Assembly: GCA_963822945.1 (NCBI GenBank) | Contig: CAWGJO010000020.1 | Span: forward strand, 768,001 to 832,000 | DNA from: an uncultured Gemmatimonadaceae bacterium | GTDB taxonomy: Bacteria; Gemmatimonadota; Gemmatimonadetes; Gemmatimonadales; Gemmatimonadaceae | Reading direction: 5' to 3' | Length of the DNA: 64,000 nt | Shown: piece after piece, positions 1 to 9,363 of the stretch | Numbering within the stretch: the stretch's first letter is position 1 | How the letters are laid out: each line of letters opens with the position of its first letter | The notes under the pieces: model-generated | Told to the model about the DNA's origin: nothing | Seen by the model: the letters and a program-made list of their open reading frames with translations, nothing else | Database searches by the model: none | Position numbers and translations under genes: made by a program

Positions 1-725
1 CCAAGCAGGTATACATCGAAGCGATGCTGGCCAGCGCCCTCCGCTCCGCCGAGATGGCCGAAGACGTCGGGCAGGGCCACGACCGGATCATCATCTCGGC
101 CAAGGTTTCCGGCGTGCAGGACCTGGTTACGGTGTATCGCCTCCTGGCCGCCCGATGCGACTACCCACTCCACCTGGGCCTGACCGAAGCCGGCATGGGA
201 ACCAAGGGGATCGTCGCCAGTACCGCGGGGCTTTCCATTCTGCTGTCCGAGGGGATCGGCGACACGATCCGTGTTTCGCTGACCCCCAAGCCCAACGGCG
301 ATCGTACGGAGGAGGTGCTCGTCGCCCAGCAGATTCTGCAGTCGCTCGAGTTGCGGAGCTTCTCGCCCCAGGTGACGGCGTGCCCGGGCTGCGGGCGCAC
401 GACATCCACCTTCTTCCAGCACATGGCGGAAGACATCCAGACCTACCTTCGCGAGCAGATGCCGGCCTGGCGGACCAAGCATCCGGGCATCGAGGAGATG
501 AAGGTCGCCGTGATGGGCTGTGTGGTGAACGGCCCGGGGGAATCGAAGCATGCCAACATCGGCATCTCCCTGCCGGGCACCTTCGAGGATCCCAAGGCCC
601 CCGTCTACGTCGATGGTGAACTCGTCCGCACACTGCGGGGCGAACACATCGTTCAGGAGTTCCTCGTCATGTTGGACGACTACGTGAGGCGCACCTATCC
701 GGAGACGCCAGTCGGCGTCGGTTGA
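1..725 (+). CDS. ispG: (E)-4-hydroxy-3-methylbut-2-enyl-diphosphate synthase, C-terminal part (5' end outside window)
   Basis: Motifs [28 protein letters not shown] and [13 protein letters not shown] (Fe-S ligands). Confidence 0.97.
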   Translation, partial: KQVYIEAMLASALRSAEMAEDVGQGHDRIIISAKVSGVQDLVTVYRLLAARCDYPLHLGLTEAGMGTKGIVASTAGLSILLSEGIGDTIRVSLTPKPNGDRTEEVLVAQQILQSLELRSFSPQVTACPGCGRTTSTFFQHMAEDIQTYLREQMPAWRTKHPGIEEMKVAVMGCVVNGPGESKHANIGISLPGTFEDPKAPVYVDGELVRTLRGEHIVQEFLVMLDDYVRRTYPETPVGVG

Positions 726-782
726 ACAGGGCCGAATGTCCGGGGCGCCATGGCGCGAGCCTGGGCGGCCCGCGCCGGAGGG

Positions 783-1412
783 TCAGACGCGAGTCGTCGA
801 GGGGTAGGGACGTTCGAGCTGCTCGAGGGCTTCCACCACCTGCGCGAACTCCTGCATGATGGGCGCCGCGAACCCGTGCTCGAGCAGCCGGTCATACAGC
901 CGACGATACCACCGGATGGTTCCGCTCTTCCCCCACTGGAACCGGCCCCAGATCGAATCGGGGTCGATCGTCCGCTTCAGGTCGGCGAGGATCGTGCTCG
1001 CTGTGTGGATCGCATCCGCCGCACAGACCCAGCGCGCGGGATCGGGCGCCTGCTTCAACCGATTGAGGAAATCGGCCTTTCGCTCGTCGAGCGAGAGTTC
1101 CACTCCATCGTCATCGGTGAGCCGGACCGTGACGGCAAGTGCCGTCTCCAACGCCGCGGTGCCGAACTTGTCGGCGATCCGTTGATCCAGCGTTTCCCGC
1201 GTCTGTCGATCGCGAATGGAGTCGGCCACCACGTCCTGAATGATGCCGGCAACGATCGTCTGTTCGTCCTGCCCGTACTTGGTCAGAATGATCGCGACAT
1301 TCGCCGCACGCGTGCCATACGGGAGCCGCATGTTCTTCCTGACTTCACGGTCGTTGTGCTTGGCCGCGAAGGCGAGCGCATGATTGATGCGGTCGGAATA
1401 CCCGTGGAGCAT
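783..1412 (-). CDS. HD-domain protein of the MESH1/SpoT-hydrolase (HD_4) type with degenerate catalytic motifs
   Basis: ALAFAAKH..Q/EVRK...PY, AGIIQDVVAD and ERKADFL..L....ARWVCAADAIH align with the HD_4 pattern; ATG at 1412 chosen as start. Confidence 0.8.
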   Translation of the reverse strand: MLHGYSDRINHALAFAAKHNDREVRKNMRLPYGTRAANVAIILTKYGQDEQTIVAGIIQDVVADSIRDRQTRETLDQRIADKFGTAALETALAVTVRLTDDDGVELSLDERKADFLNRLKQAPDPARWVCAADAIHTASTILADLKRTIDPDSIWGRFQWGKSGTIRWYRRLYDRLLEHGFAAPIMQEFAQVVEALEQLERPYPSTTRV

Positions 1413-1453
1413 CGTGAGAGCTTCGGTCGAGGGACACGTCGTCCAACTGGTTT

Positions 1454-1969
1454 CTAACCTAGCGCGGGGCGGGGCTCCGGGCGAGGCGTCCTGAACCACG
1501 CGACGATCCGGGTGAGTCCCGTCACGTCGGCCTCGTCGAACGCGTCCACGGCCGCCGCATCGACGTCGAGAACGGCGATCAGGACTCCGGCGTGGTCAAA
1601 CACCGGAATCACTACTTCCGACTTGGCCCGCGCGTCGCAGACGATGTGATCCGGAAAGTCGTCGACGTTCCGCACCAGCACCGGTTGGCCTGTGGCGGCC
1701 GCGGTTCCGCAAACTCCGCGGCCGAAGGCGATCTCGAGACAGCCCAGCGTTCCCTGGTAAGGCCCGACACGCAGCGTCCGGCCGGGCGCTGCCACTCGAT
1801 AGAACCCGGTCCACAGAAATCCGAACGCATGGTGGATCAGCGCGCTCAGGGTCGCCATGGCCGCGATCTCGTCGCTCACGCCTTCCAGCACGCTGTCGGC
1901 GTGCATTTGGAGCGTGGCATACGCCTCGGGCTTCGATACGCCGCGCAGATCGAGAGTCGTTTCCGCCAT
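1454..1969 (-). CDS. msrC: GAF-domain free methionine-(R)-sulfoxide reductase
   Basis: WTGFY, GPYQG..GC..I.FGRGVCGTAA, HIVCD..AKSEVVIP, VLDVD. Confidence 0.88.
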   Translation of the reverse strand: MAETTLDLRGVSKPEAYATLQMHADSVLEGVSDEIAAMATLSALIHHAFGFLWTGFYRVAAPGRTLRVGPYQGTLGCLEIAFGRGVCGTAAATGQPVLVRNVDDFPDHIVCDARAKSEVVIPVFDHAGVLIAVLDVDAAAVDAFDEADVTGLTRIVAWFRTPRPEPRPALG

Positions 1970-1970
1970 G

Positions 1971-2399
1971 CTACCGGGAGATGAGCGCCGCCAGCTGCGC
2001 GTTGATGAGAAACAGCGCCGCCGCCTGTACGATGACCCCGACCCCCGACCCTAGCAGCCCCAGGCGGCGACCATTGAGCCAACCGATCACCACGAGCGTT
2101 GTCCCAACGGCCACGGCACCCAGGTCCAGCCCCAGATTCAACCAGAGCAGCCGGTCCAGCCGCGTGGCGCCCGAGACGTCGCGGAGGCCCAGTCCCTGCC
2201 AGGCCACGGCCATGTAGGCGATCTCGAGCACGCCCCAGATGACCATCTGTGCCGCAAAGTGGCGCAGCATGGTGGTGGCGGGGCGGCGCCAGGCGACGAC
2301 CGCGAACACCAGGGTCCCGATGAGAACGCTGCCGCCTCCCCAGATCAGGAGGCGGAACAGGTGCATTTGCTCGGCGCGGAGCAGCGTGTCGGCGAACAT
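1971..2399 (-). CDS. Hypothetical four-helix membrane protein
   Basis: Hydrophobic C-terminal 142 aa of the 1971..3251 ORF; ATG at 2399; stop abuts the msrC start. Confidence 0.7.
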   Translation of the reverse strand: MFADTLLRAEQMHLFRLLIWGGGSVLIGTLVFAVVAWRRPATTMLRHFAAQMVIWGVLEIAYMAVAWQGLGLRDVSGATRLDRLLWLNLGLDLGAVAVGTTLVVIGWLNGRRLGLLGSGVGVIVQAAALFLINAQLAALISR

Positions 2400-2492
2400 G
2401 CGGCGGCTGGAGGTCAGGAAACGATGAACGCATCCTAGCGCATGGCGGCGCCCAAACGGAAGCATGTACCCTCGCCCGTCGGTCGCAACCAG

Positions 2493-2522
2493 TTGACGAG
2501 GCGCTCCGGGCCCCACTAGCTT
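2493..2522 (+). promoter_or_regulatory. Sigma70-type promoter of the his operon
   Basis: TTGACG-18 nt-TAGCTT, 9 nt before the leader-peptide ATG. Confidence 0.7.
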
Positions 2523-2531
2523 TGGCGCACC

Positions 2532-2612
2532 ATGACGACGTTCCGCATGCACCATCGCTCGCACCACCACCACGGCTCCACGGGCCGGGGCAGGGCACGC
2601 GTGCGCGGATAG
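2532..2612 (+). CDS. hisL: His operon leader peptide MTTFRMHHRSHHHHGSTGRGRARVRG (26 aa)
   Basis: Six His codons within 8 codons, upstream of a terminator and hisG; not in the ORF track. Confidence 0.9.
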   Translation: MTTFRMHHRSHHHHGSTGRGRARVRG

Positions 2613-2645
2613 GACGTTCGGATCATCCCTCGCTTGTTCTTGCTG

Positions 2646-2676
2646 GCCCGTCACCGACTGACGGGCTTTTTCTTTT
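2646..2676 (+). terminator. His attenuator intrinsic terminator
   Basis: GCCCGTCA-CCGAC-TGACGGGC stem followed by TTTTTCTTTT, 18 nt before hisG. Confidence 0.9.
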
Positions 2677-2694
2677 GCCACCACAGGTACCCGT

Positions 2695-3561
2695 ATGTTG
2701 AGAATTGCGCTCCCGAACAAAGGACGACTCGCCGACGACGCGCGGGATCTGTTTCGCGATGCCGGGCTGGAGATCCGGTCGCGAAGCGATCGCGCGCTCA
2801 CGGCATCGCTGGGCGGTGAATTCCAGGCGCTGTTCGTTCGGGCCCAGGACATTCCGGAGTTCGTGGCCGACGGTGCCGCGGACGTCGGCGTCACGGGATT
2901 GGACCTCGTGCGCGAATCCGAGCGTCCGGTGCGCATCGTGGCCGACCTCGAGTTCGGCTTCTGCCGGCTGGCCGTGGCGGCGCGTGAGGATAGCGGCATA
3001 CGAGGGATTAGCGACCTCCCCGCCGGAACGCGCGTCGCCACGACGTTTCCTCGCATCGCCGCGCGCTTCTTTGCCGACAAGGGGTGCCGGGTGGCAATCG
3101 TTCCGATTTCCGGTGCGGCCGAAATTGCGCCCCACATCGGAATCGCCGACGTCATCGTCGATCTCGTGTCGACCGGGTCCACGCTCCGGGTCAACGGCCT
3201 CCGGGAAGTGGAGACGGTGATGGAATCGACCGCCCGTCTGATCGTCGCCACGCAAACCGATCGTCTCGACCAGGCCCAGCAGGAAGCGGTCGGGGATCTC
3301 GCCGACGCGCTGCTCTCGGTGCTGCGCGCCCGCGGGCAGCGCTACCTGATGGCCAACATTCCGCGCGACCAGATGCCGCAGGTGCGTGACATCGTCCCCG
3401 GCCTCAACGGTCCGACCGTGATCGACATTCTGAACGGCGGGGCGATGGTGGCAGTCCACGCGGTGGTTCCGGCCGCCGGCGTCTTCCGCACCGTGGCTCG
3501 GCTCAAGGCACTGGGGGCGCAGGGGATTCTGATCACCCGCATCGAGAGGTTGATGGCATGA
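2695..3561 (+). CDS. hisG: ATP phosphoribosyltransferase, long form
   Basis: MLRIALPNKGRL, RAQDIP.FVADG.AD.G.TG.D, DLVSTGSTL; C-terminal regulatory domain present. Confidence 0.97.
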   Translation: MLRIALPNKGRLADDARDLFRDAGLEIRSRSDRALTASLGGEFQALFVRAQDIPEFVADGAADVGVTGLDLVRESERPVRIVADLEFGFCRLAVAAREDSGIRGISDLPAGTRVATTFPRIAARFFADKGCRVAIVPISGAAEIAPHIGIADVIVDLVSTGSTLRVNGLREVETVMESTARLIVATQTDRLDQAQQEAVGDLADALLSVLRARGQRYLMANIPRDQMPQVRDIVPGLNGPTVIDILNGGAMVAVHAVVPAAGVFRTVARLKALGAQGILITRIERLMA

Positions 3562-4865
3562 TGCCCGCAACAGCCCTCAGGTACTTCGGGGCTCTCGACG
3601 CGCTCGACTCGGCCACGCGAACCGCCCTGCTCGATCGCACGACCTCCATCGATCCCCGGATTCGTGAGACCACGGCCACGATTCTGGCCGACATTCGGGC
3701 GCGCGGCGATACGGCGCTGCGCGAACTGGCGACGCGGTTCGACCACGTACAACTCGAAAGTCTCGAGGTGCCCCGCGCGCAGTGGAAGGCGGCGCTCGCC
3801 GGCGTTCCCCGCGATTTGCGTCGCGCCATGGAGCGAACCGTCGAGAACGTGGCCTCGGTGCATCGCGCGTTCCTGCCCGCGGCGACGGAGACTTCCCCAG
3901 AGCCCGGCATCGTCGTGGGGCGTCGTCCGGATCCGCTGGGCCGGGTAGGCGTCTATGCGCCGGGCGGACGCGCAGCGTATCCGAGCAGCGTTCTCATGGG
4001 AGCGGTGCCCGCCCGGATTGCCGGCGTCCACGAGATCATGGTCTGCTCACCCCCCGGCCCGGACGGTCTGCCGAGCGCCGTGGTCCTCGCCGCCGCCGAA
4101 CTGGCCGAGGCCGATCGCGTGTTCGCGTTGGGCGGTGCCGGCGCTGTCGCTGCGCTCGCGTTCGGCACCGAGACGGTGCCGCGCGTCGACCGGATCGTGG
4201 GCCCGGGTAATGCGTTCGTGGCCGAGGCGAAATTGCAGGTGTCGGGCATGGTCAGCATCGATTCCCCGGCGGGACCGAGCGAGTTGCTGGTCATCGCCGA
4301 CGCCACCGCGTCACCGGAGGTGGTGGCCCGAGAACTGTTGGCCCAGGCCGAGCACGACCCGCGCGCGTGCGTCGTGGCCGTGGTGGAGGGTGCTTCGCTG
4401 GCGGCTCGGTTGCGCGACCAGATCGAGCGCTTGCTCCCGGCACACGAGCGGCGGACGATCATCGAGTCCGCGCTTGCCGGGCAGGGCGCCATTCTCTGGG
4501 TGGACACGGTGCGAGAGGCCGTGGAGTGGAACAACGCATACGCTCCCGAGCATCTCCTGGTCTGCGCCGCTGACCCCGATGCATGGCTTCCCGAACTGCG
4601 CAATGCCGGGACGGTGTTCCTTGGCGAACGCGCGTCGGTGTCCTTCGGTGACTACATGACGGGTGCGAACCACGTACTCCCAACCGGTGGGTTGGCGCGC
4701 TGTTATTCCGGGCTGTCGACCATCGATTTCTTCCGATGGACCACGTACCAGCGCGTCGATGCTGCTGCCGCCGAACGCCTCGCACTCGACGTGGATGCGT
4801 TTGCGCGCGCCGAGGGGCTTCCGGGGCATGCCGTCGCCGCGCGTGCCTGGGCCGGAGACCGCTGA
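3558..4865 (+). CDS. hisD: Histidinol dehydrogenase
   Basis: VGVYAPGGRAAYPSS, GPGNAFV, DSPAGPSE, LAQAEHD, GDYMTGANHVLPT. Confidence 0.97.
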   Translation: MMPATALRYFGALDALDSATRTALLDRTTSIDPRIRETTATILADIRARGDTALRELATRFDHVQLESLEVPRAQWKAALAGVPRDLRRAMERTVENVASVHRAFLPAATETSPEPGIVVGRRPDPLGRVGVYAPGGRAAYPSSVLMGAVPARIAGVHEIMVCSPPGPDGLPSAVVLAAAELAEADRVFALGGAGAVAALAFGTETVPRVDRIVGPGNAFVAEAKLQVSGMVSIDSPAGPSELLVIADATASPEVVARELLAQAEHDPRACVVAVVEGASLAARLRDQIERLLPAHERRTIIESALAGQGAILWVDTVREAVEWNNAYAPEHLLVCAADPDAWLPELRNAGTVFLGERASVSFGDYMTGANHVLPTGGLARCYSGLSTIDFFRWTTYQRVDAAAAERLALDVDAFARAEGLPGHAVAARAWAGDR

Positions 4866-5938
4866 TGTCGAATCTCGTTCGCGAACTGCTGCGCCACACG
4901 CGCCCCTACACCGCCACCGACGCCGGTGGCGCGGTGGATCTGAGCGACAACACAAGCCTGTGGGGGCCGCCGCCCGCGGCAGCCGAAGCGCTGCGTTCGC
5001 TGGATGCGGCCGCGCTGGCGCGCTACCCCGCGATTCCCCCCGCCGCGTTGAATCGCGCGCTCGCCTCGTACGCGGGCGTCAGCGACGACATGATCGTTGC
5101 CGGCTGCGGATCGGACGACCTCATTGACTGTGCCATGCGCACGTTCGCGCAACCGGGCGACACCATCGCATTTGCGGTGCCGACGTTCTCCATGGTGCCG
5201 ACGTTCGCCGCCATCAACGGCCTGCGGACACACGCGGTTCCCTTCTCGCCCGACCTCGATCTCGACGTCGATGCGCTGTTGGCCCCGAGCCCCCGCCTCG
5301 TATACCTCTGTTCTCCCAACAACCCCACCGGCGCCGCGCTTCCACGCACCACCATCGAGCGCGTACTTCGCGAAGCGCCCGGCGCCGTACTGCTCGACGA
5401 AGCATACGGCGAGTTCTGCGATGCGCCCGGATTCGCACTCGCCAGGGAGCACGAGCGACTGGTCGTCACCCGGACGCTGTCGAAGGCGTTCGGGCTCGCC
5501 GGACTTCGCATCGGCTATGCGGTGCTCGCTCCATCTCTGGCCCGCGCGTTGGAAACCGTTCGCGGACCGTACAAGTTGAACGCCGCCGCGGCGGCGTCCG
5601 CCACGGCATCGCTCACTGAAGGTCTGCCCTGGGTGCGAGCGCACGTGCAGGAAGCCGTTGACGTCCGCCAACGGCTCGGCGCCCGGTTGGCGGACATCGG
5701 GCTGTCACCCCTGCGCTCCGACGCCAACTTCTTCTGCATCCCCTGTCGCGACGCGGTGCGCGTCGCGGCGGCGTTGTTGGGACGGGGCATAGCCGTCCGA
5801 CTCCTGCGCGACCTTCCGCCCGTCACGCCGGCCCTCGCAGCGTCCGGCGGCGCCGCATTGCGGGTTGGCGTCGGGCCCTGGCCGGTCATGGAACGCCTGC
5901 TTTCGGCCATGCGTGAGGAGGCGGCGGCATGCGCGTGA
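4865..5938 (+). CDS. hisC: Histidinol-phosphate aminotransferase
   Basis: CSPNNPTG, DEAYGEF, RTLSKAFGLAGLRIGY; TGATG coupling to hisD. Confidence 0.95.
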   Translation: MSNLVRELLRHTRPYTATDAGGAVDLSDNTSLWGPPPAAAEALRSLDAAALARYPAIPPAALNRALASYAGVSDDMIVAGCGSDDLIDCAMRTFAQPGDTIAFAVPTFSMVPTFAAINGLRTHAVPFSPDLDLDVDALLAPSPRLVYLCSPNNPTGAALPRTTIERVLREAPGAVLLDEAYGEFCDAPGFALAREHERLVVTRTLSKAFGLAGLRIGYAVLAPSLARALETVRGPYKLNAAAAASATASLTEGLPWVRAHVQEAVDVRQRLGARLADIGLSPLRSDANFFCIPCRDAVRVAAALLGRGIAVRLLRDLPPVTPALAASGGAALRVGVGPWPVMERLLSAMREEAAACA

Positions 5939-6525
5939 GTGTGTTCGACTACGGCGCCGGCAATCTGCATTCGCTGGTCAAGGCGCTCGAGACGCCATCG
6001 TGGACCGTGGTGGTGGAAACGGACCCCGCCACGGCGGCGGAGACGGATGTCCTGGTCCTGCCCGGCGTCGGCGCGTTCGCCAGCGCGGTCGATCGCTTGA
6101 CGCCGGGTGCGGATGCTGTACGCCGCGCGCTCGACGCGGGGTTGCCGTGCATCGGCATCTGCCTGGGGATGCAGTTGCTCTTCGACGAGAGTGAGGAGGG
6201 TCCGGGTCGAGGACTGGGTGTGTTTCCGGGACGGGTCCGTCGGTTGCGGGCCGGACGCATTCCGCAGATCGGCTGGAACCAACTCGTCGACGTCTCCGAA
6301 GACGTCGTTCAGCGGAGTGGCCTCCGCGACGTCTACTACGCCAACAGCTTCGTGTGTGCCCCGGTGGACGAGCGCGTGGTCACCGCATGGAGCCGGCATG
6401 ACGACGATCGGTTTCCGGCCGCCGTTCGCGCCGGCGCCGTGCTCGGTGTTCAATTCCACCCCGAGAAGAGCTCACAACCGGGAGTCCGGATGCTGCACGA
6501 GTTTCTGCGGGAGGTCCGTGGATGA
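5929..6525 (+). CDS. hisH: Imidazole glycerol phosphate synthase, glutaminase subunit
   Basis: DYGAGNL, LPGVGAF, GICLGMQ, QFHPEKS. Confidence 0.97.
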   Translation: MRVSVFDYGAGNLHSLVKALETPSWTVVVETDPATAAETDVLVLPGVGAFASAVDRLTPGADAVRRALDAGLPCIGICLGMQLLFDESEEGPGRGLGVFPGRVRRLRAGRIPQIGWNQLVDVSEDVVQRSGLRDVYYANSFVCAPVDERVVTAWSRHDDDRFPAAVRAGAVLGVQFHPEKSSQPGVRMLHEFLREVRG

Positions 6526-7235
6526 TCGCCATTCCTGCCATTGATCTGCGCGATGGTGCCTGTGTTCAGCTCGTCGGCGGTTCGTATGCGAAAGAGCGTG
6601 TGCGCCTCGACAAGCCGGTTGCCGTCGCCCGCCGTTGGGCGGAGTGTGGATTCCAGCACCTGCACCTGGTGGATCTGGACGCCGCGACGGGCCGGGGGAA
6701 CAACGGGGCCGTCATCACGACCATTCTCGACGATACCGACGTCGACGTGCGTGTGGGCGGCGGCGTGCGCACGACTGAGCGCGTGGAGGAGTTGTTCGCC
6801 GCCGGCGCCCGATACGTCACCGTGGGTACCCGCGCCGTGGAGGATCCCGACTGGCTTGCCGACCTCTCCTCCGCGCATCCCGGCGCGGTGATCGTCGCGG
6901 CGGACGTTCGTGAGCGGCGGGTGGTCACCCATGGTTGGAGCCGCGCCCACGCACTGAACATCCTCGATTTTCTCGCGGATATCGAACACCTGCCCCTCGG
7001 AGGCCTGCTGGTGACCGCCGTGCATCGGGAAGGGCTGATGGCGGGACCGGACCTCGCCTTGATGGACGACCTCAGCGAAGCCTCCGCCCTCTCGATCATC
7101 GCCTCGGGAGGCATCGGCAGCCGCGAGGACCTCCAGGCCCTTGCCCATCGCGGCGTCTCGGCCGCCGTCATCGGCATGGCGCTCTACACCGGCGCGCTCG
7201 ATCCTTACGCCACTGCAGAGGAGTTCTCGGAATGA
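6522..7235 (+). CDS. hisA: ProFAR isomerase
   Basis: IPAIDLRDG.CVQL, HLVDLDAA, VGGGVR, ASGGI. Confidence 0.96.
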   Translation: MIAIPAIDLRDGACVQLVGGSYAKERVRLDKPVAVARRWAECGFQHLHLVDLDAATGRGNNGAVITTILDDTDVDVRVGGGVRTTERVEELFAAGARYVTVGTRAVEDPDWLADLSSAHPGAVIVAADVRERRVVTHGWSRAHALNILDFLADIEHLPLGGLLVTAVHREGLMAGPDLALMDDLSEASALSIIASGGIGSREDLQALAHRGVSAAVIGMALYTGALDPYATAEEFSE

Positions 7236-7774
7236 AGCCGCTGCGTCGAACGACCAGGGAAACCGATGTGGAAGTCCGCATGGCCGCCGATGGCGGCGAA
7301 GCGCGGATGGACACCACGATCCCGTTTCTCGATCACATGCTCACCACGCTCGCGCGCTATTCCGGTCTCGAACTCTCGGTATCGGCCCGCGGGGATCTCC
7401 CCCACCATCTCATCGAAGATGTCGCGATCACGGTGGGAACGTTTCTGGCGTCTTACGCGCCCGCGACCGCCGCGCGTTACGGCGACCGCACGATCCCCAT
7501 GGACGACGCGCTCGTGCAGTGCGTGATCGATCTCGGCGGACGGCCGTATTACCGCGGGCCCCTTCCGAGCAGCCTCTACGACCACTGGATGCGGTCGTTC
7601 AGCGACAATGCGCGCGCCACGCTCCACCTCCGCGTGATTCGGGGTACGGACCGTCACCATGTCGTGGAAGCCGCGTTCAAGGCGCTCGGGCTCGCGCTCC
7701 GGGACGCCCTGCGCGAGACCGGCGCCGTGTTCAGCACCAAGGGATCAGCGGTACTCGACACGGAGGGCGCGTGA
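7232..7774 (+). CDS. hisB: Imidazoleglycerol-phosphate dehydratase (monofunctional)
   Basis: RTTRETD, FLDHML, HHLIED, PMDDA, HHVVEAAFKA; ATGA overlap with hisA. Confidence 0.96.
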   Translation: MKPLRRTTRETDVEVRMAADGGEARMDTTIPFLDHMLTTLARYSGLELSVSARGDLPHHLIEDVAITVGTFLASYAPATAARYGDRTIPMDDALVQCVIDLGGRPYYRGPLPSSLYDHWMRSFSDNARATLHLRVIRGTDRHHVVEAAFKALGLALRDALRETGAVFSTKGSAVLDTEGA

Positions 7775-7811
7775 CATCCCCCGCTTCGTGCCGTCGCCCG
7801 GAGGCGTTGGC

Positions 7812-8570
7812 GTGTTGAGCCGCCGGGTGGTGGTCTGCCTCGACGTGCGCGGCGGACGGGTGGTCAAGGGCGTGGAGTTTCAGGCGCTGCGCGACATCGG
7901 AGATCCCGTGGAGCTGGCGCAACGCTATGAACACGCCGGCGCCGACGAGATTGTCTTCCTCGACATCTCGGCGAGTCAGGAAGCCCGGCGCACGCTGCTC
8001 GACGTCGTCCGCCGCACGGCGGAGGCACTCTTCATTCCACTCACGGTGGGTGGCGGAATCGGCAGCGTGGCCGACATCGCCGCGGCGCTGCGGGCGGGGG
8101 CCGACAAGGTCAGCATGAACAGCGCCGCGGTGGCGGATCCCCGGCTGCTTACCGAAGCAGCGGCCCGATTCGGCGCCCAGTGTGTGGTCGCCAGCATCGA
8201 CGCCAAGCGCGAAGGGGATTCCTGGCGCGTATACACGCACGGGGGATCGCGGCCCACGGGCCTCGACGCGCTCGAGTGGGCGGAGCACTGCGCTGACCGT
8301 GGCGCCGGCGAGATCCTGCTCACCAGCATCGACCGCGACGGATCGCGTGCTGGCTACGACATCGAGTTGACACAGCGCGTCGCCGCTCGCGTACCCGTGC
8401 CCGTTGTTGCCTCGGGCGGGGCAGGGAGTGCCGATGACGTCGTCCAGGTTCTGCGCGACGGAGCGGCCGACGCGGCGCTGGTTGCTGGAATCGTGCACGA
8501 CGGCCGCTGTACGGTGGCCGACATCAAGGCCGCGATGCTGAAGGCCGACCTGCCGGTACGGGCCGCATGA
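7812..8570 (+). CDS. hisF: Imidazole glycerol phosphate synthase, cyclase subunit
   Basis: CLDV.GGRVVKG, GADEIVFLDI, GAGEILLTSIDRDG; GGAGG before the GTG at 7812. Confidence 0.97.
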   Translation: MLSRRVVVCLDVRGGRVVKGVEFQALRDIGDPVELAQRYEHAGADEIVFLDISASQEARRTLLDVVRRTAEALFIPLTVGGGIGSVADIAAALRAGADKVSMNSAAVADPRLLTEAAARFGAQCVVASIDAKREGDSWRVYTHGGSRPTGLDALEWAEHCADRGAGEILLTSIDRDGSRAGYDIELTQRVAARVPVPVVASGGAGSADDVVQVLRDGAADAALVAGIVHDGRCTVADIKAAMLKADLPVRAA

Positions 8571-8586
8571 CGGACCCATCCCCCGG

Positions 8587-9363
8587 GTGCTTCTCGAAGC
8601 CGTGGCCGAGGTGGCCCGTCTCGCGGGCGCGACGGCGTTGCCGTTCTTCCGCACGGCGCTGGTGGCCGAGTCGAAGTCCGATGGCTCGCCGGTGACGATC
8701 GCCGACCGGAGCGCGGAACGCGTCGCGCGGGAGTGGATTGCTCGCCGCTTTCCCACCGACGGAATTCTCGGTGAGGAGTTCGGAGCAGAACGGCCGAACG
8801 CGACGCGGCAGTGGATCATCGATCCCATCGACGGCACCAAATCTTTCATTCGCGGCGTTCCCCTCTGGGGATCGCTGGTTGCCGTGACCGAAGGCGACCA
8901 CGTGATCGCAGGGGCCGCGTGCCTTCCGGCAGTCGGCGAGGTGATTGTCGCTGCGGACGGCGAGGGCGCCTGGTGGAACGACGTGCGTTGCCACGTCTCC
9001 GACGTACGCACACTCGCGGCGGCCACGATCACCACCACGGATGAGCGCTTTCTCGAACATTCGGCGCGTGGCGACCGCTGGCGCGAACTCGCGCCGCAGG
9101 TCGCGGTGGCCCGGAGTTGGGGCGACTGCTTCGGATACGTGATGGTCGCGACCGGTCGCGCCGAAGCGATGGTGGACCCCGTGCTCTCCGCCTGGGACGC
9201 CGCCCCCTTCCTGCCCATCGTCGCGGAAGCCGGGGGCGTGTTCACCGATTGGAGCGGACAGGCAACCGTCCGTGGCGGAAGCGCCATCGCAACCAATCGC
9301 GCGCTCGCGACGGAAATCCGTGCCGCGCTCGACTGTCCCCAAAATCCCGGTAGACCTTTATGA
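8587..9363 (+). CDS. hisN: Histidinol-phosphatase, inositol monophosphatase family
   Basis: SPVT.AD, GEE, WIIDPIDGTKSF, WD.A; position in the his operon. The true start may be ATG 8567 if a base is missing. Confidence 0.88.
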   Translation: MLLEAVAEVARLAGATALPFFRTALVAESKSDGSPVTIADRSAERVAREWIARRFPTDGILGEEFGAERPNATRQWIIDPIDGTKSFIRGVPLWGSLVAVTEGDHVIAGAACLPAVGEVIVAADGEGAWWNDVRCHVSDVRTLAAATITTTDERFLEHSARGDRWRELAPQVAVARSWGDCFGYVMVATGRAEAMVDPVLSAWDAAPFLPIVAEAGGVFTDWSGQATVRGGSAIATNRALATEIRAALDCPQNPGRPL

